Part shown: positions 51,735 through 61,305 of the stretch, in pieces
Layout: every line of letters begins with the position of its first letter
Position numbering within the stretch: position 1 is the stretch's first letter
Origin: Fibrobacterales bacterium
GTDB taxonomy: Bacteria; Fibrobacterota; Fibrobacteria; Fibrobacterales; JAOPTW01
Length of the DNA: 64,000 nt
NCBI GenBank assembly: GCA_051532035.1
Contig: JAOPTW010000015.1
Coordinates: forward strand, 192,001 to 256,000
Reading direction: 5' to 3'
Notes under the pieces: model-generated
Told to the model about the DNA's origin: nothing
The model's input: only the letters and a program-made list of their open reading frames with translations
The model's database searches: none
Position numbers and translations under genes: made by a program

Positions 51735-52715
51735 ATGCTAAACAATAAAACAATTCTAGTTACTGGAGGCACTGGTTCATTTGGTCAGAAATTCATAAGA
51801 ATGACCCTTGATAAGTATTCTCCTAAAAAAATTGTGATTTTTTCTCGGGATGAAATGAAACAATGGGAAATGGCCTCAAAATTTAACAATGACCCTCGCC
51901 TTAGGTTTTTTCTCGGAAATGTTCGAGATAAAGACCGACTAAAACGTGCAATGCGTGGCATTGATTATGTTATTCATTCAGCAGCACTTAAAATAGTTCC
52001 TACTGCAGAATATAATCCATTTGAATACATTAAAACCAATATAAATGGAGCGATGAATGTTATCGATGTTGCCATTGATAGTAATGTAAAAAAAGTTGTC
52101 GCGTTATCTACCGACAAAGCATGTAACCCAATAAATCTATATGGGGCAACTAAGCTCTGTTCTGACAAACTATTTGTAGCTGGCAATGCTTACTCGGGTG
52201 AACATGATACAAAATTTTCAGTTGTTAGATATGGCAACGTAATGTGTAGTCGCGGATCAGTAATCCCCTTTTTCATCAAGCAGGCTGAGGAAGGGAAGAT
52301 TACCGTTACAGATCCAAGAATGACCCGATTTATGATCAACCTCGAACAAGGAGTAGAGCTCGTATGGAGAGCCCTTGAAGAGAGTGAAGGGGGTGAAGTT
52401 TTTGTTAAGAAAATTCCATCAATGACAATTATGGATATCGCGCAAGCAGTAGCACCTAATATTAAAATTGAAACTATAGGTATTCGTCCCGGTGAAAAAT
52501 TACATGAATTAATGGTGGCAAGTGAAGATGCCCCCTTTACCAGAGAGTACCCTGGCCATTATGTAATTTACTCTAGGCTTAAAGCAGAAAATGATATTTT
52601 AAAAAACGGGAAACCACTTCCTATAGACTTTGAATACTCAAGTGATACAAACAGTGATTGGATGTCGATACAAGAATTACAATCCTGGCTAAAGCAAGAA
52701 GGGTATATCCCATAA
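51735..52715 (+). CDS. pseB: UDP-GlcNAc 4,6-dehydratase (inverting)
   Basis: TGGTGSFG, SRDEMKQ, AEYNPFE, STDKACNPINLYGATK, RYGNV, GIRPGEKLHE. Confidence 0.93.
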   Translation: MLNNKTILVTGGTGSFGQKFIRMTLDKYSPKKIVIFSRDEMKQWEMASKFNNDPRLRFFLGNVRDKDRLKRAMRGIDYVIHSAALKIVPTAEYNPFEYIKTNINGAMNVIDVAIDSNVKKVVALSTDKACNPINLYGATKLCSDKLFVAGNAYSGEHDTKFSVVRYGNVMCSRGSVIPFFIKQAEEGKITVTDPRMTRFMINLEQGVELVWRALEESEGGEVFVKKIPSMTIMDIAQAVAPNIKIETIGIRPGEKLHELMVASEDAPFTREYPGHYVIYSRLKAENDILKNGKPLPIDFEYSSDTNSDWMSIQELQSWLKQEGYIP

Positions 52716-52730
52716 TGCAAAATACTATAC

Positions 52731-52988
52731 ATGTCAAAGGAATTAGTAATGACCCCTAAAAATGAAGAGAAGCTCACCCAAATATTTCAAGTTTTATTTT
52801 CTCTTGACGAATTAGTTCTTACGAATGAGATGAATGCACAAAGTATTCAAGGCTGGGACTCATTAAATCACATTAAACTAATGCTACAGATAGAATCTGC
52901 ATTCAATATCAGTTTTTCAAATGATGATATTGCTCAAAATTTAAATGTAGGTGATTTAAAAGTACTCATTGACAAGAAACTTTCTTGA
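52731..52988 (+). CDS. Acyl carrier protein 2
   Basis: GWDSLNHIKLMLQIE, identical to ACP1 over this stretch. Confidence 0.9.
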   Translation: MSKELVMTPKNEEKLTQIFQVLFSLDELVLTNEMNAQSIQGWDSLNHIKLMLQIESAFNISFSNDDIAQNLNVGDLKVLIDKKLS

Positions 52989-53006
52989 ACCGAAGGCATA
53001 CAGAAC

Positions 53007-53909
53007 ATGTCAAATTTAGACCTATTAACTCAACAAATCGTACATGCTTATCCAATCCACGAAAAGTTTATAACACAATCAGTCGCCTCTCTAGACACTT
53101 CTGAGCTCAATGATGCAGAACTCTATATTAAACATTGTCTCACTCATGGATTAACCTTAAATCAACTTGCGGCAGCTTATGTAAAAATCATTCAGGATGT
53201 CAATGCTGAGCAGTTCTATTTTATGCGTAATGGCACATACCGTTATTCAACATTTTCTGAAGTGGCCAATCAAGTCTATTTTGACCCTAGTTACATGAGA
53301 GTATACATGTATGCTCTTGCACTCTCTGGTTTTTTTTGGCCAAACCACAGGGAGATCTATAGGTTTTTTAATTCCATTCTTCCACGATCAAGCAAAGGCC
53401 ACTATCTTGAAATCGGGCCAGGTCATGGTTTTTTCTTAAAAGAGGCACTTCTAAAAGCTGATTATACACAGTACACTGGCCTTGACATAAGTCCAACGAG
53501 TTTAGATATCACCCGCTCATTATTACAAGATACAACAATTGGAGTGCCATCACACAATTGGGATCTTATTGAATGCGACTTTTTAAAATCAAACAATTTA
53601 CACGAACACTACGATGCGATCATTATGGGTGAAGTACTTGAACATGTAGAAGATCCCGCAGCCTTTTTAAATCGTATATATGCATTAGCTCATTCAGAAT
53701 CATTCATCTATATTACAACTTGCCTTAACAGTCCTGCAGTGGATCATATTTATCTGTATGAGACCCCCCTTCAACTTGAAAAACAAATTCAAAGTGCAGG
53801 CTTGACCATTGTAAATTCTTTATATGTAGCCTATACAGGTAAATCATTAGATGAATCTGTCCAAGAAAAACTACCTATTAATGTTGCATTCCAACTCTCT
53901 AAGAGTTAA
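53007..53909 (+). CDS. Class I SAM-dependent methyltransferase 2
   Basis: YLEIGPGHG, LDIS, GEVLEHVEDP; paralog of 49838-50761. Confidence 0.88.
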   Translation: MSNLDLLTQQIVHAYPIHEKFITQSVASLDTSELNDAELYIKHCLTHGLTLNQLAAAYVKIIQDVNAEQFYFMRNGTYRYSTFSEVANQVYFDPSYMRVYMYALALSGFFWPNHREIYRFFNSILPRSSKGHYLEIGPGHGFFLKEALLKADYTQYTGLDISPTSLDITRSLLQDTTIGVPSHNWDLIECDFLKSNNLHEHYDAIIMGEVLEHVEDPAAFLNRIYALAHSESFIYITTCLNSPAVDHIYLYETPLQLEKQIQSAGLTIVNSLYVAYTGKSLDESVQEKLPINVAFQLSKS

Positions 53910-53921
53910 AAAACATAAATC

Positions 53922-54371
53922 ATGACCAATCAACAAACACTATCCATTCCAGGTGTTGCATTCCATCATCTAGGACTACTCACTGAAAAACCAGAAAAAG
54001 CAGCTATTGTTCTTCAATCCTTTGGCTATACAATTTCTGAACCAGTCCATGATAACCTTCAACAAGTCAAGCTTCAGATGGCTTCCTTGGATAATGAACA
54101 CGCCCACATCGAAATTATAACCCCTTTTATAACAAACCATAAATTAATTGAGTTGGTTCAGAGACAAAACGACTACATGTACCACAGCTGTTTCACGGTT
54201 GAAAATATGAACGTTTTAATCGAAGAATTTTCCAACCGAAATATTAGAGCTTTTCAAATATCCCCTCCTAAACCAGCCATTTTATTTAGCAATAAGCATG
54301 TATCTTTTTATGCTATTGAAGGACTTGGTCTCGTTGAATTTATAGATCAAAATTATGAAGCCAATAATTAA
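53922..54371 (+). CDS. VOC/glyoxalase-superfamily protein (methylmalonyl-CoA epimerase-like)
   Basis: FHHLG, Q, IEII, YHSCF, LVEF metal-ligand pattern; PAILF. Confidence 0.8.
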   Translation: MTNQQTLSIPGVAFHHLGLLTEKPEKAAIVLQSFGYTISEPVHDNLQQVKLQMASLDNEHAHIEIITPFITNHKLIELVQRQNDYMYHSCFTVENMNVLIEEFSNRNIRAFQISPPKPAILFSNKHVSFYAIEGLGLVEFIDQNYEANN

Positions 54372-55152
54372 AGAACTCGCAGAAAAATGGGCCGCTTCAG
54401 GCGTTCACGAAGGCGACCTATTATTACTCCACAGTGACATTAAGAGAACCCTATGGGATGCTTTAAAAAACGGCCATGACATTGCCCCCCATGACATTCT
54501 TGAATCATTTTTACATGTATTAGGTGACTCCGGAACATTAATCGTCCCTACATTCAGTTTCGATTTTGCACAAGGTAAATCCTATAATATTCTTGAAACA
54601 CCTTCAGACACCGGCATTTTAAGTGAAACGGTTCGCCTTGATTCTCGATCAACTCGAACAGGTCATCCAATTTTTTCATTTGCAGCTATTGGCCGCCAAG
54701 CCTCCGAGCTTGGAACCATTGATAATTTCAGTGCATTTGGAGAGCACTCTCCCTTTGAATATTTACACAAGAATGGTGGGAAAATTGCTTTTCTAGACTG
54801 CATACCCGGAATGTGTACCTATTTACATTATATCGAAGAATCGAACGATTCATTTATTAACTACCGATATCATAAAGAATTCAGCGGACAATACATAAAT
54901 AATAACGGTGAATCAAAAATAAAGACTTACAATTTTTTTGTGCGAGATTTAAATAAGAAGGTTGTCCCACATTTTGCTCCTGCAGAGAACGAAATGTGGA
55001 AATATAAATTGTACTCAGGTGATAGGACAGGGGTTAATAGTGGGCTCAGCGTTATCAATGCACTAGAATTATATAATTTCGTAACTGAATTAATTATCAA
55101 TGGGGATACAGAAAATATGCTCTACAGAATAGAAGGTAAAGAGTATGAATAA
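54355..55152 (+). CDS. AAC(3)-family N-acyltransferase 2
   Basis: GDLLLLHSD, GTLIVPTFS, GILSE, RTGHPIFSFAAIG, SPF, TYLHYIEE. Confidence 0.88.
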   Translation: MKPIIKELAEKWAASGVHEGDLLLLHSDIKRTLWDALKNGHDIAPHDILESFLHVLGDSGTLIVPTFSFDFAQGKSYNILETPSDTGILSETVRLDSRSTRTGHPIFSFAAIGRQASELGTIDNFSAFGEHSPFEYLHKNGGKIAFLDCIPGMCTYLHYIEESNDSFINYRYHKEFSGQYINNNGESKIKTYNFFVRDLNKKVVPHFAPAENEMWKYKLYSGDRTGVNSGLSVINALELYNFVTELIINGDTENMLYRIEGKEYE

Positions 55153-56425
55153 CCTTGGAAATGAAATGCATGACTTATGCAGTAGGCTTTTCCCTATTTG
55201 CAGAAGTTTAACAGGGAATGGTTTTCGTAAATCATTACACATTATTCAAGAGCATCTTCCAAATCTAACTCTTCATGAAGTACCCACAGGAACACAATGT
55301 TTCGACTGGACTGTCCCCAAAGAATGGAATATCCACGACGCTTACATTCTAAACCCTCATGGAAAAAAAATTTGCGATTTTCAACATTCGAACCTCCATG
55401 TTGTAGGCTATTCTACTCCTGTACATAAAACAATCTCTTTAGATGAACTTCAAGCTCACCTCTATTCATTGCCTGATCAACCTGATGCAATACCCTATAT
55501 AACCTCTTATTATAATGAAAGGTGGGGCTTTTGTATAACTCACAATGAAAGAGAGCAACTCATAGCCGGTGAATACACTGTGGTTATAGATAGTGAATTA
55601 AAAGATGGTTCGTTAACCTATGGAGAACTCATTATACCTGGAGTATCAGATCAAGAGGTCTTCCTATCAACATATTTATGTCATCCATCTATGGCAAATA
55701 ATGAACTTTCAGGGCCGGTAGTTACTACTTTTCTCTGTAAGTGGCTCATGGCTCTCAAAAACAAAAAATACACATACCGTATTATTATTATCCCAGAAAC
55801 CATTGGTTCTATCACCTACTTAAGTAAAAATGTAAAGCATATGAAACAAAAAACTATTGCTGGATTCAATATTACTTGTGTGGGGGATGACAGGTCTTAT
55901 TCATACTTACCATCGAGAGATGAAAGTAGCCTTGCAGATAGAGTTGCCAAACATGTATTTAATAATGAGTATCCAGATTATGTAACCTTTAGCTTTTTAG
56001 ATAGAGGGAGTGATGAACGGCAATATTGTAGTCCAGGTGTAGATTTACCTGTTTGTTCAATGATGCGAACTCGATATGGAAGTTACCCAGAATATCACAC
56101 ATCTTTAGACAATCTCGATCTTGTCACACCAAAAGGACTTGCTGGTGGATACGAAATGTTAAAGCGAGCTCTTGAATGCTTAGAACTTAACGACACACTA
56201 CAAGTAGTTGTTACTGGCGAACCTCAATTAGGGAAGCGAGGCCTCTACCCTACCCTTGGATTAAAAACAAGTCAAAATTCAGTGAAAAACATGATGAATC
56301 TTTTAGCATATGCAGATGGTAACCATGATTTGATTGACATTGCAGAAACAATTAAGGTTCCTCTTTGGGATTTAACTGAGACTATTCAAAGCTTAAAAGA
56401 TGCCAATTTGCTCAAGCAAGTATAA
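55145..56425 (+). CDS. DUF4910 (aminopeptidase-like, M28 fold) protein with C-terminal winged helix
   Basis: LFPICRSLTGNG, FDWTVPKEW, CHPSMANNELSGP, PETIGS, GSDERQYCSPG, EYHTSLD. Confidence 0.9.
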   Translation: MNNLGNEMHDLCSRLFPICRSLTGNGFRKSLHIIQEHLPNLTLHEVPTGTQCFDWTVPKEWNIHDAYILNPHGKKICDFQHSNLHVVGYSTPVHKTISLDELQAHLYSLPDQPDAIPYITSYYNERWGFCITHNEREQLIAGEYTVVIDSELKDGSLTYGELIIPGVSDQEVFLSTYLCHPSMANNELSGPVVTTFLCKWLMALKNKKYTYRIIIIPETIGSITYLSKNVKHMKQKTIAGFNITCVGDDRSYSYLPSRDESSLADRVAKHVFNNEYPDYVTFSFLDRGSDERQYCSPGVDLPVCSMMRTRYGSYPEYHTSLDNLDLVTPKGLAGGYEMLKRALECLELNDTLQVVVTGEPQLGKRGLYPTLGLKTSQNSVKNMMNLLAYADGNHDLIDIAETIKVPLWDLTETIQSLKDANLLKQV

Positions 56426-56446
56426 TTTAGACAAAAGGAACCACCA

Positions 56447-57589
56447 TTGATTCCGTATGGTAAACAAAATATCGATGCAGACGACATAGATGCAGTTGTA
56501 TCTGTTCTAAAATCATCGCATCTTACCCAAGGCCCTCAAATAGAACTCTTTGAACAGGCTTTTGCAAAGTATGTTGGCGCTCAATATGCCCTTGCTGTTA
56601 CCAATGGTACGGCAGGCCTTCATTTAAGTGCTCTCGCCTTAGGAATAAAACCGGGTGATACCGTCATTACATCACCAATAACTTTTGCAGCAACTGCTAA
56701 TTGTATACGGTACTGTGGGGGGACCGTTGCATTTTGCGACATCGATCCTAAAACATATACTATGGATGTTAACTATTTAAAAAAAATGTTAGAATCAGCG
56801 CCACCTAACACCTATAAAGCAGTAATACCCATTGATTATGCTGGTCATCCCTGTGATATTATAAAAATTAAAGATCTCTGTACCGTGCATAATCTTGCCC
56901 TTATTGAAGACGCCTGTCACGCCCCTGGTGCTTATGCATTAAATAAAAGTAATCAAAAAGAGTATTGCGGTAATGGAGTCTATGCAGACCTAACTGTATT
57001 TTCATTTCATCCTGTAAAGCATATTGCATGTGGTGAAGGCGGAATGGTTACTACCAATAATAAAATTTTATATGACAAAGTATGTTCCCTTCGCAGCCAT
57101 GGTATAACCAAATCACCAGAAAAACTTTTAGAAAATCATGGTGGCTGGTATTACGAAATGCATGAATTAGGCTATAATTATCGCCTGACAGACATTCAAG
57201 CAGCCCTTGGAATATCTCAATTAAAAAAGGCACATGCAAATGTTACACGGCGTAACGAAATCGCTGTCCGGTACAATATAGGGTTTAAGGGTTGCGACAT
57301 AATTATTCCCTTTATTCAAAATGATTGGCAACACGCTTTTCACCTATATGTAATACAAGTGAAAAACAGAAAAAAGCTCTATGACCACTTACACGATCAT
57401 GATATTTTAGCACAAGTTCACTATATCCCTGTTCACACACTACCTTACTACAGAGATCAATCACAAGTATCTATGCCAGAATCTGAGAAGTTCTATAGTC
57501 AATGTTTAAGTCTACCCATGTTTCCTTCTCTTACCAATCATGAAGTTGATTTTATTATAGAAAAAGTGTGTCAATATCTTAAAACCTAA
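56447..57589 (+). CDS. pseC: UDP-4-amino-4,6-dideoxy-AltNAc transaminase (DegT family)
   Basis: IPYGKQ, LTQGP, EDACHA, FSFHPVKHIACGEGG, LGYNYRLTDIQAALG, VHYIP. Confidence 0.92.
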   Translation: MIPYGKQNIDADDIDAVVSVLKSSHLTQGPQIELFEQAFAKYVGAQYALAVTNGTAGLHLSALALGIKPGDTVITSPITFAATANCIRYCGGTVAFCDIDPKTYTMDVNYLKKMLESAPPNTYKAVIPIDYAGHPCDIIKIKDLCTVHNLALIEDACHAPGAYALNKSNQKEYCGNGVYADLTVFSFHPVKHIACGEGGMVTTNNKILYDKVCSLRSHGITKSPEKLLENHGGWYYEMHELGYNYRLTDIQAALGISQLKKAHANVTRRNEIAVRYNIGFKGCDIIIPFIQNDWQHAFHLYVIQVKNRKKLYDHLHDHDILAQVHYIPVHTLPYYRDQSQVSMPESEKFYSQCLSLPMFPSLTNHEVDFIIEKVCQYLKT

Positions 57590-57604
57590 CAACATAGATG
57601 AGAA

Positions 57605-58675
57605 ATGAGCTGCATGCCTTCAACTAAACACCAATATGTAGTGGTTATTCGAGCTGATGAATCGACACAAATTGGTTCAGGACACGTTATGCGTTGTATA
57701 GCTTTGGGTATTGCATTACTCAAGCATAAATGCACTGTATATTTTATTGGAAACATTCAGAATTCAGGTCTTGTGTTAAAAATAAAAAAATCTGGTATAC
57801 ACTTTATTCATCAAGAAGAAATATATCCTCATACTCAGGATATAAATGATTTCAATCACTTAGCAGAAAGCCTTAATATTGATTGGATAGTACTCGATGG
57901 ATACCACTTTGACTCGTCGTATCAAAAGTCACTTATGCAGGGGCAATCACAGTTATGTGTCATCGATGACAATCATCATTTAGAACAGTATTTCTGTAAC
58001 ATGATACTCAATCAAAACTCCCATGCCTCCACAATCACATACAAATGTCATAAAAATGTACAACAACTTCTTGGTAATTCCTATGTGTTACTCAGACCTG
58101 AGTTTTTGGAATACCAAAAGAAGACTCTATCAGTTAATAACCAACTAAATATACTTATCACCCTTGGAGGCTCTGACCCTAGTAATGCGACTCAAACTAT
58201 ACTCGAAGTACTAAATACAATTCCACAATCGAATTTCACGGCAACAATAGTTTGTGGCCCAGGGTATACATTCCTATCTCAGCTCGAAACTTTTTGTACT
58301 TCCATTAGCTTCCCATATACTATTAAAGTGAATACGCAAAACATGCCTGAATTAATAGACACTGCCGACGTCGCTATAACTGCTGCAGGGAGTACCGTTT
58401 GGGAGCTTGGATTTATGAAAAAGCCAATGCTTCTTATAGTAACTGCAGAAAATCAACTCAGAGTCGCTCACTCGCTTACACATTATAATATACAGCATAT
58501 CAACATGCTTAACAGCCCAAAGAAAGATTTAATCCTATCAGCTGTTGAAGATTTTCTATATCACCACCCAGAACATACCAACCCGTTCCACATTGATGGG
58601 AAAGGAAGCTATCGAGTCGCACAGGCAATGGTCGATTTATGTAGCCCCCTACCATCCAAGTTACCCCTGCCTTAA
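57605..58675 (+). CDS. pseG: UDP-2,4-diacylamido-2,4,6-trideoxy-altrose hydrolase
   Basis: IRADESTQIGSGHVMRC, LDGY, IDD, TLGGSD, AAGSTVWE, AENQ; no fused GNAT domain. Confidence 0.88.
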   Translation: MSCMPSTKHQYVVVIRADESTQIGSGHVMRCIALGIALLKHKCTVYFIGNIQNSGLVLKIKKSGIHFIHQEEIYPHTQDINDFNHLAESLNIDWIVLDGYHFDSSYQKSLMQGQSQLCVIDDNHHLEQYFCNMILNQNSHASTITYKCHKNVQQLLGNSYVLLRPEFLEYQKKTLSVNNQLNILITLGGSDPSNATQTILEVLNTIPQSNFTATIVCGPGYTFLSQLETFCTSISFPYTIKVNTQNMPELIDTADVAITAAGSTVWELGFMKKPMLLIVTAENQLRVAHSLTHYNIQHINMLNSPKKDLILSAVEDFLYHHPEHTNPFHIDGKGSYRVAQAMVDLCSPLPSKLPLP

Positions 58676-58689
58676 AGAGATTTACGACC

Positions 58690-59574
58690 ATGATAGACCA
58701 GCATAATACTCAATTAATTAAAAACAAATGGGGCTTCTATTCATTTAACCCAATGCCATCCCAAGAAGACCTTACTCACTACTATGCTGAAAAATATTAT
58801 CAGGAAGGGCGCGGTAGTTACGAAATTGAATACTCACCGCAAGAACTTAAATGGAAAAAACTTCGCGCATGGCTCATTGCACAATCTGCTCTATCGATAC
58901 ACCCTGATGGCAATACTTTTCTCGATATTGGTTGTGGGGAAGGAGACTTATTACACGAGTTTAATACGAGGGACATCTCAGTAACGGGTATAGATTATAG
59001 TAATGTAGGAATTAACAATCTGCACCCAAGACTCATCAAAAACTTCATCCAAGGCGATATTCGACAGCTTATCCAAGGTATTATTACAGATAATACTCAT
59101 TATGATTTTATCTCATTAATTAACGTTCTGGAACACGTTCCAAGTCCTATAACTTTAATGAAAGACTTTCACTCATGGATGCGTAAAAGTGACCTTCTCA
59201 TTATTACTGTGCCAAATGACTTCTCTGCGCTACATTCCTATTTGGTAAAACATAATATCACCAAAGACCAATGGTGGGTTGGATACCCTGACCACCTCTC
59301 GTATTTTAACAAAGAGAGTATGACTGCTTTTGTTAATGAAATTGGTTTTGAAATTATCAAAGTTGTTGCAGACAATCCTATCGACTTAAATTTATTAAAC
59401 AATAATTCAAATTATATCGAAGACCGTTCAAAAGGAAAAGCAACTCATCACTTTAGAATTGCAACAGATAATTTTATTGCAGAGATTGACAAAGAACAAC
59501 TTCTAAAAATCTACACCCTTTATGGTGAAATTGGAATAGGACGAGACCTCACTTTTTATATGCGGAAAGTATAA
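58690..59574 (+). CDS. Class I SAM-dependent methyltransferase
   Basis: FLDIGCGEG, NVLEHVPSP, ITVPN, PDHLSYF. Confidence 0.88.
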   Translation: MIDQHNTQLIKNKWGFYSFNPMPSQEDLTHYYAEKYYQEGRGSYEIEYSPQELKWKKLRAWLIAQSALSIHPDGNTFLDIGCGEGDLLHEFNTRDISVTGIDYSNVGINNLHPRLIKNFIQGDIRQLIQGIITDNTHYDFISLINVLEHVPSPITLMKDFHSWMRKSDLLIITVPNDFSALHSYLVKHNITKDQWWVGYPDHLSYFNKESMTAFVNEIGFEIIKVVADNPIDLNLLNNNSNYIEDRSKGKATHHFRIATDNFIAEIDKEQLLKIYTLYGEIGIGRDLTFYMRKV

Positions 59575-60281
59575 TGAAAATTGCACTTTATTCTGATATC
59601 CATGGGAATATGCAATCATTTGTAAATGCTCTTTCAGACATGAAAAATTATACTATTGATCAACATGTTTTTTTAGGTGATATTTGCGGATACTATTATC
59701 AACAAATTGAGATATTTAATATTTTGAAAACTATTGATGGGCTCATTGCTGTACGAGGTAACCACGACCAAATCTTTATAGATATTGTTAATGGCAATAT
59801 ACCATTGAGAAAAGAGTATCGGCTTAAATATGGGAATTCAATGGAACACCTGTTGACACAACCATATGAAGAACTATATAACTGGCTTATTTCACTTCCT
59901 ATTAAATACATTGAACCCAATACATTTATTGCATGCCATGGTGAACTTAAAAACTGCCTTGATGGCTATGTCTATCCCGATACTCCATACGCATCACAAC
60001 TAGAACATATTTTGGAGCCCTATGTTTTTTTAGGCCATACACACTACCAACTCTCAAAATCGCATGGAAACACTACCATTGTAAATCCAGGTTCACTAGG
60101 GCAACCGAGAGATGGCAACCTTTTTTCTTGGGCATTGATTGATACCAATACCAATGAAATTACCTTTAAAACGGTTAAAGGTAATATAACAGAACTATGT
60201 CATGAAGTGGAGCAAATGAATGAACAAAACAACTATTTGACCAGCGTATTGGCTCGTCAATCAAATAATAGGGAGCAATAA
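59574..60281 (+). CDS. Metallophosphoesterase (YfcE-like)
   Basis: SDIHGN, LGDICG, RGNHD, CHG, GHTH, NPGSLGQPRDG. Confidence 0.92.
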   Translation: MKIALYSDIHGNMQSFVNALSDMKNYTIDQHVFLGDICGYYYQQIEIFNILKTIDGLIAVRGNHDQIFIDIVNGNIPLRKEYRLKYGNSMEHLLTQPYEELYNWLISLPIKYIEPNTFIACHGELKNCLDGYVYPDTPYASQLEHILEPYVFLGHTHYQLSKSHGNTTIVNPGSLGQPRDGNLFSWALIDTNTNEITFKTVKGNITELCHEVEQMNEQNNYLTSVLARQSNNREQ

Positions 60282-61282
60282 TGCATATTTTAGTAACAGG
60301 CGTAAGTGGCGATTTAGGGCAGGCAATTGTTAAATGCCTTCGTCATATGCATAAAGATGTTTTTATTATTGGCTGTGATGCAGTGGCACAATCTATTGGT
60401 GCAGTATTTGTAGACGCATTTTATGCCATACCCTATGTTAATGACCCCCGATATTGGGAGGAGGTCAAAAATTTACTCCAAAGATACAGCTGCCAAGCTA
60501 TTATCCCTGGAAGTGATACAGAAATACAACATATGGCAAAAGCTGTTTTAAACAATACGTTCAATTGTAAGTGTCCCGTAATCAGTCTCTCCGCTCGTGA
60601 CATAGAATTATTTGGAGATAAATTATTGTGCTATGATACTCTTAAAGACAACATTCCATTAGTATCGTATGTTGATGGCTTAAATTTATCACAAGTACAC
60701 AATTTTATAAAGAAAAACTCATTCCCCTTTATTGTAAAAGAGCGACTATCATGTGGATCTAAAAGCTTAAAAATTGCCCATACTGAGGAAGAGCTTTTTA
60801 AATTCTTAAAAAGTTCAGATAAACCCCTTATTCAGGAGTTTATACCTGGTGATGCAAATGAATACACTATTGGTGCATATGCAGACAATGATACCGTTGA
60901 AGCAATCATTTTTCAACGAGACCTAGGCCCCTCTGGCTGCTCATGGTATGCTCAAACAGTTACAGATGATGAAATACTCCAGTACTGTCTAGATATTGTA
61001 AAAGTATCAAAAATCCAGGGCGCTTTTAATATTCAAGTAAAAAAAACAGAGAAAGGAGTCTTCTTACTTGAAATAAATGCTCGCTTCTCAAGTCTCGTTG
61101 CAGCCCGTGCACTCTGCGGTTTTTGTGATCTTGAATGGTCACTTAAAAAAGCATTATCAATACCTTATACAATTCCTACTCACTACACCCCAATACGATT
61201 CCAAAGGTTTTTTGGTGAGGTAGTCGATTATGGTTCAGGTTACACGGGGGTTAAAAATTGGAACCCGCAAACCCATGACTAA
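60281..61282 (+). CDS. ATP-grasp domain protein
   Basis: ILVTGVSG, IPGSDTE, DK, FIVK, IQEFI, EYT, LEINARFS. Confidence 0.88.
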   Translation: MHILVTGVSGDLGQAIVKCLRHMHKDVFIIGCDAVAQSIGAVFVDAFYAIPYVNDPRYWEEVKNLLQRYSCQAIIPGSDTEIQHMAKAVLNNTFNCKCPVISLSARDIELFGDKLLCYDTLKDNIPLVSYVDGLNLSQVHNFIKKNSFPFIVKERLSCGSKSLKIAHTEEELFKFLKSSDKPLIQEFIPGDANEYTIGAYADNDTVEAIIFQRDLGPSGCSWYAQTVTDDEILQYCLDIVKVSKIQGAFNIQVKKTEKGVFLLEINARFSSLVAARALCGFCDLEWSLKKALSIPYTIPTHYTPIRFQRFFGEVVDYGSGYTGVKNWNPQTHD

Positions 61283-61305
61283 TACTATTGTAATTTTGGT
61301 AAATT

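Noticed and set aside
47492..53909. FkbH plus ACPs as a PKS/NRPS or tetronate cluster
   Set aside because: No KS, FabH-like, A or C domains in the window, and the neighbours are nucleotide-sugar enzymes.
50776..55152. Two AAC(3) genes as aminoglycoside-resistance determinants
   Set aside because: They are embedded with ACPs, MTs and pse genes and have no mobile context, so a biosynthetic role is more parsimonious.
12246..55370. A8-A9/T8-T9 runs (for example in wzy near 12246-12254 and in DUF4910 at 55363-55370) as phase-variation tracts
   Set aside because: Such runs are expected by chance in AT-rich, Lys/Phe-rich genes.
60281..61282. carB (carbamoyl-phosphate synthase)
   Set aside because: A single 333-aa ATP-grasp domain with no carA; too short.
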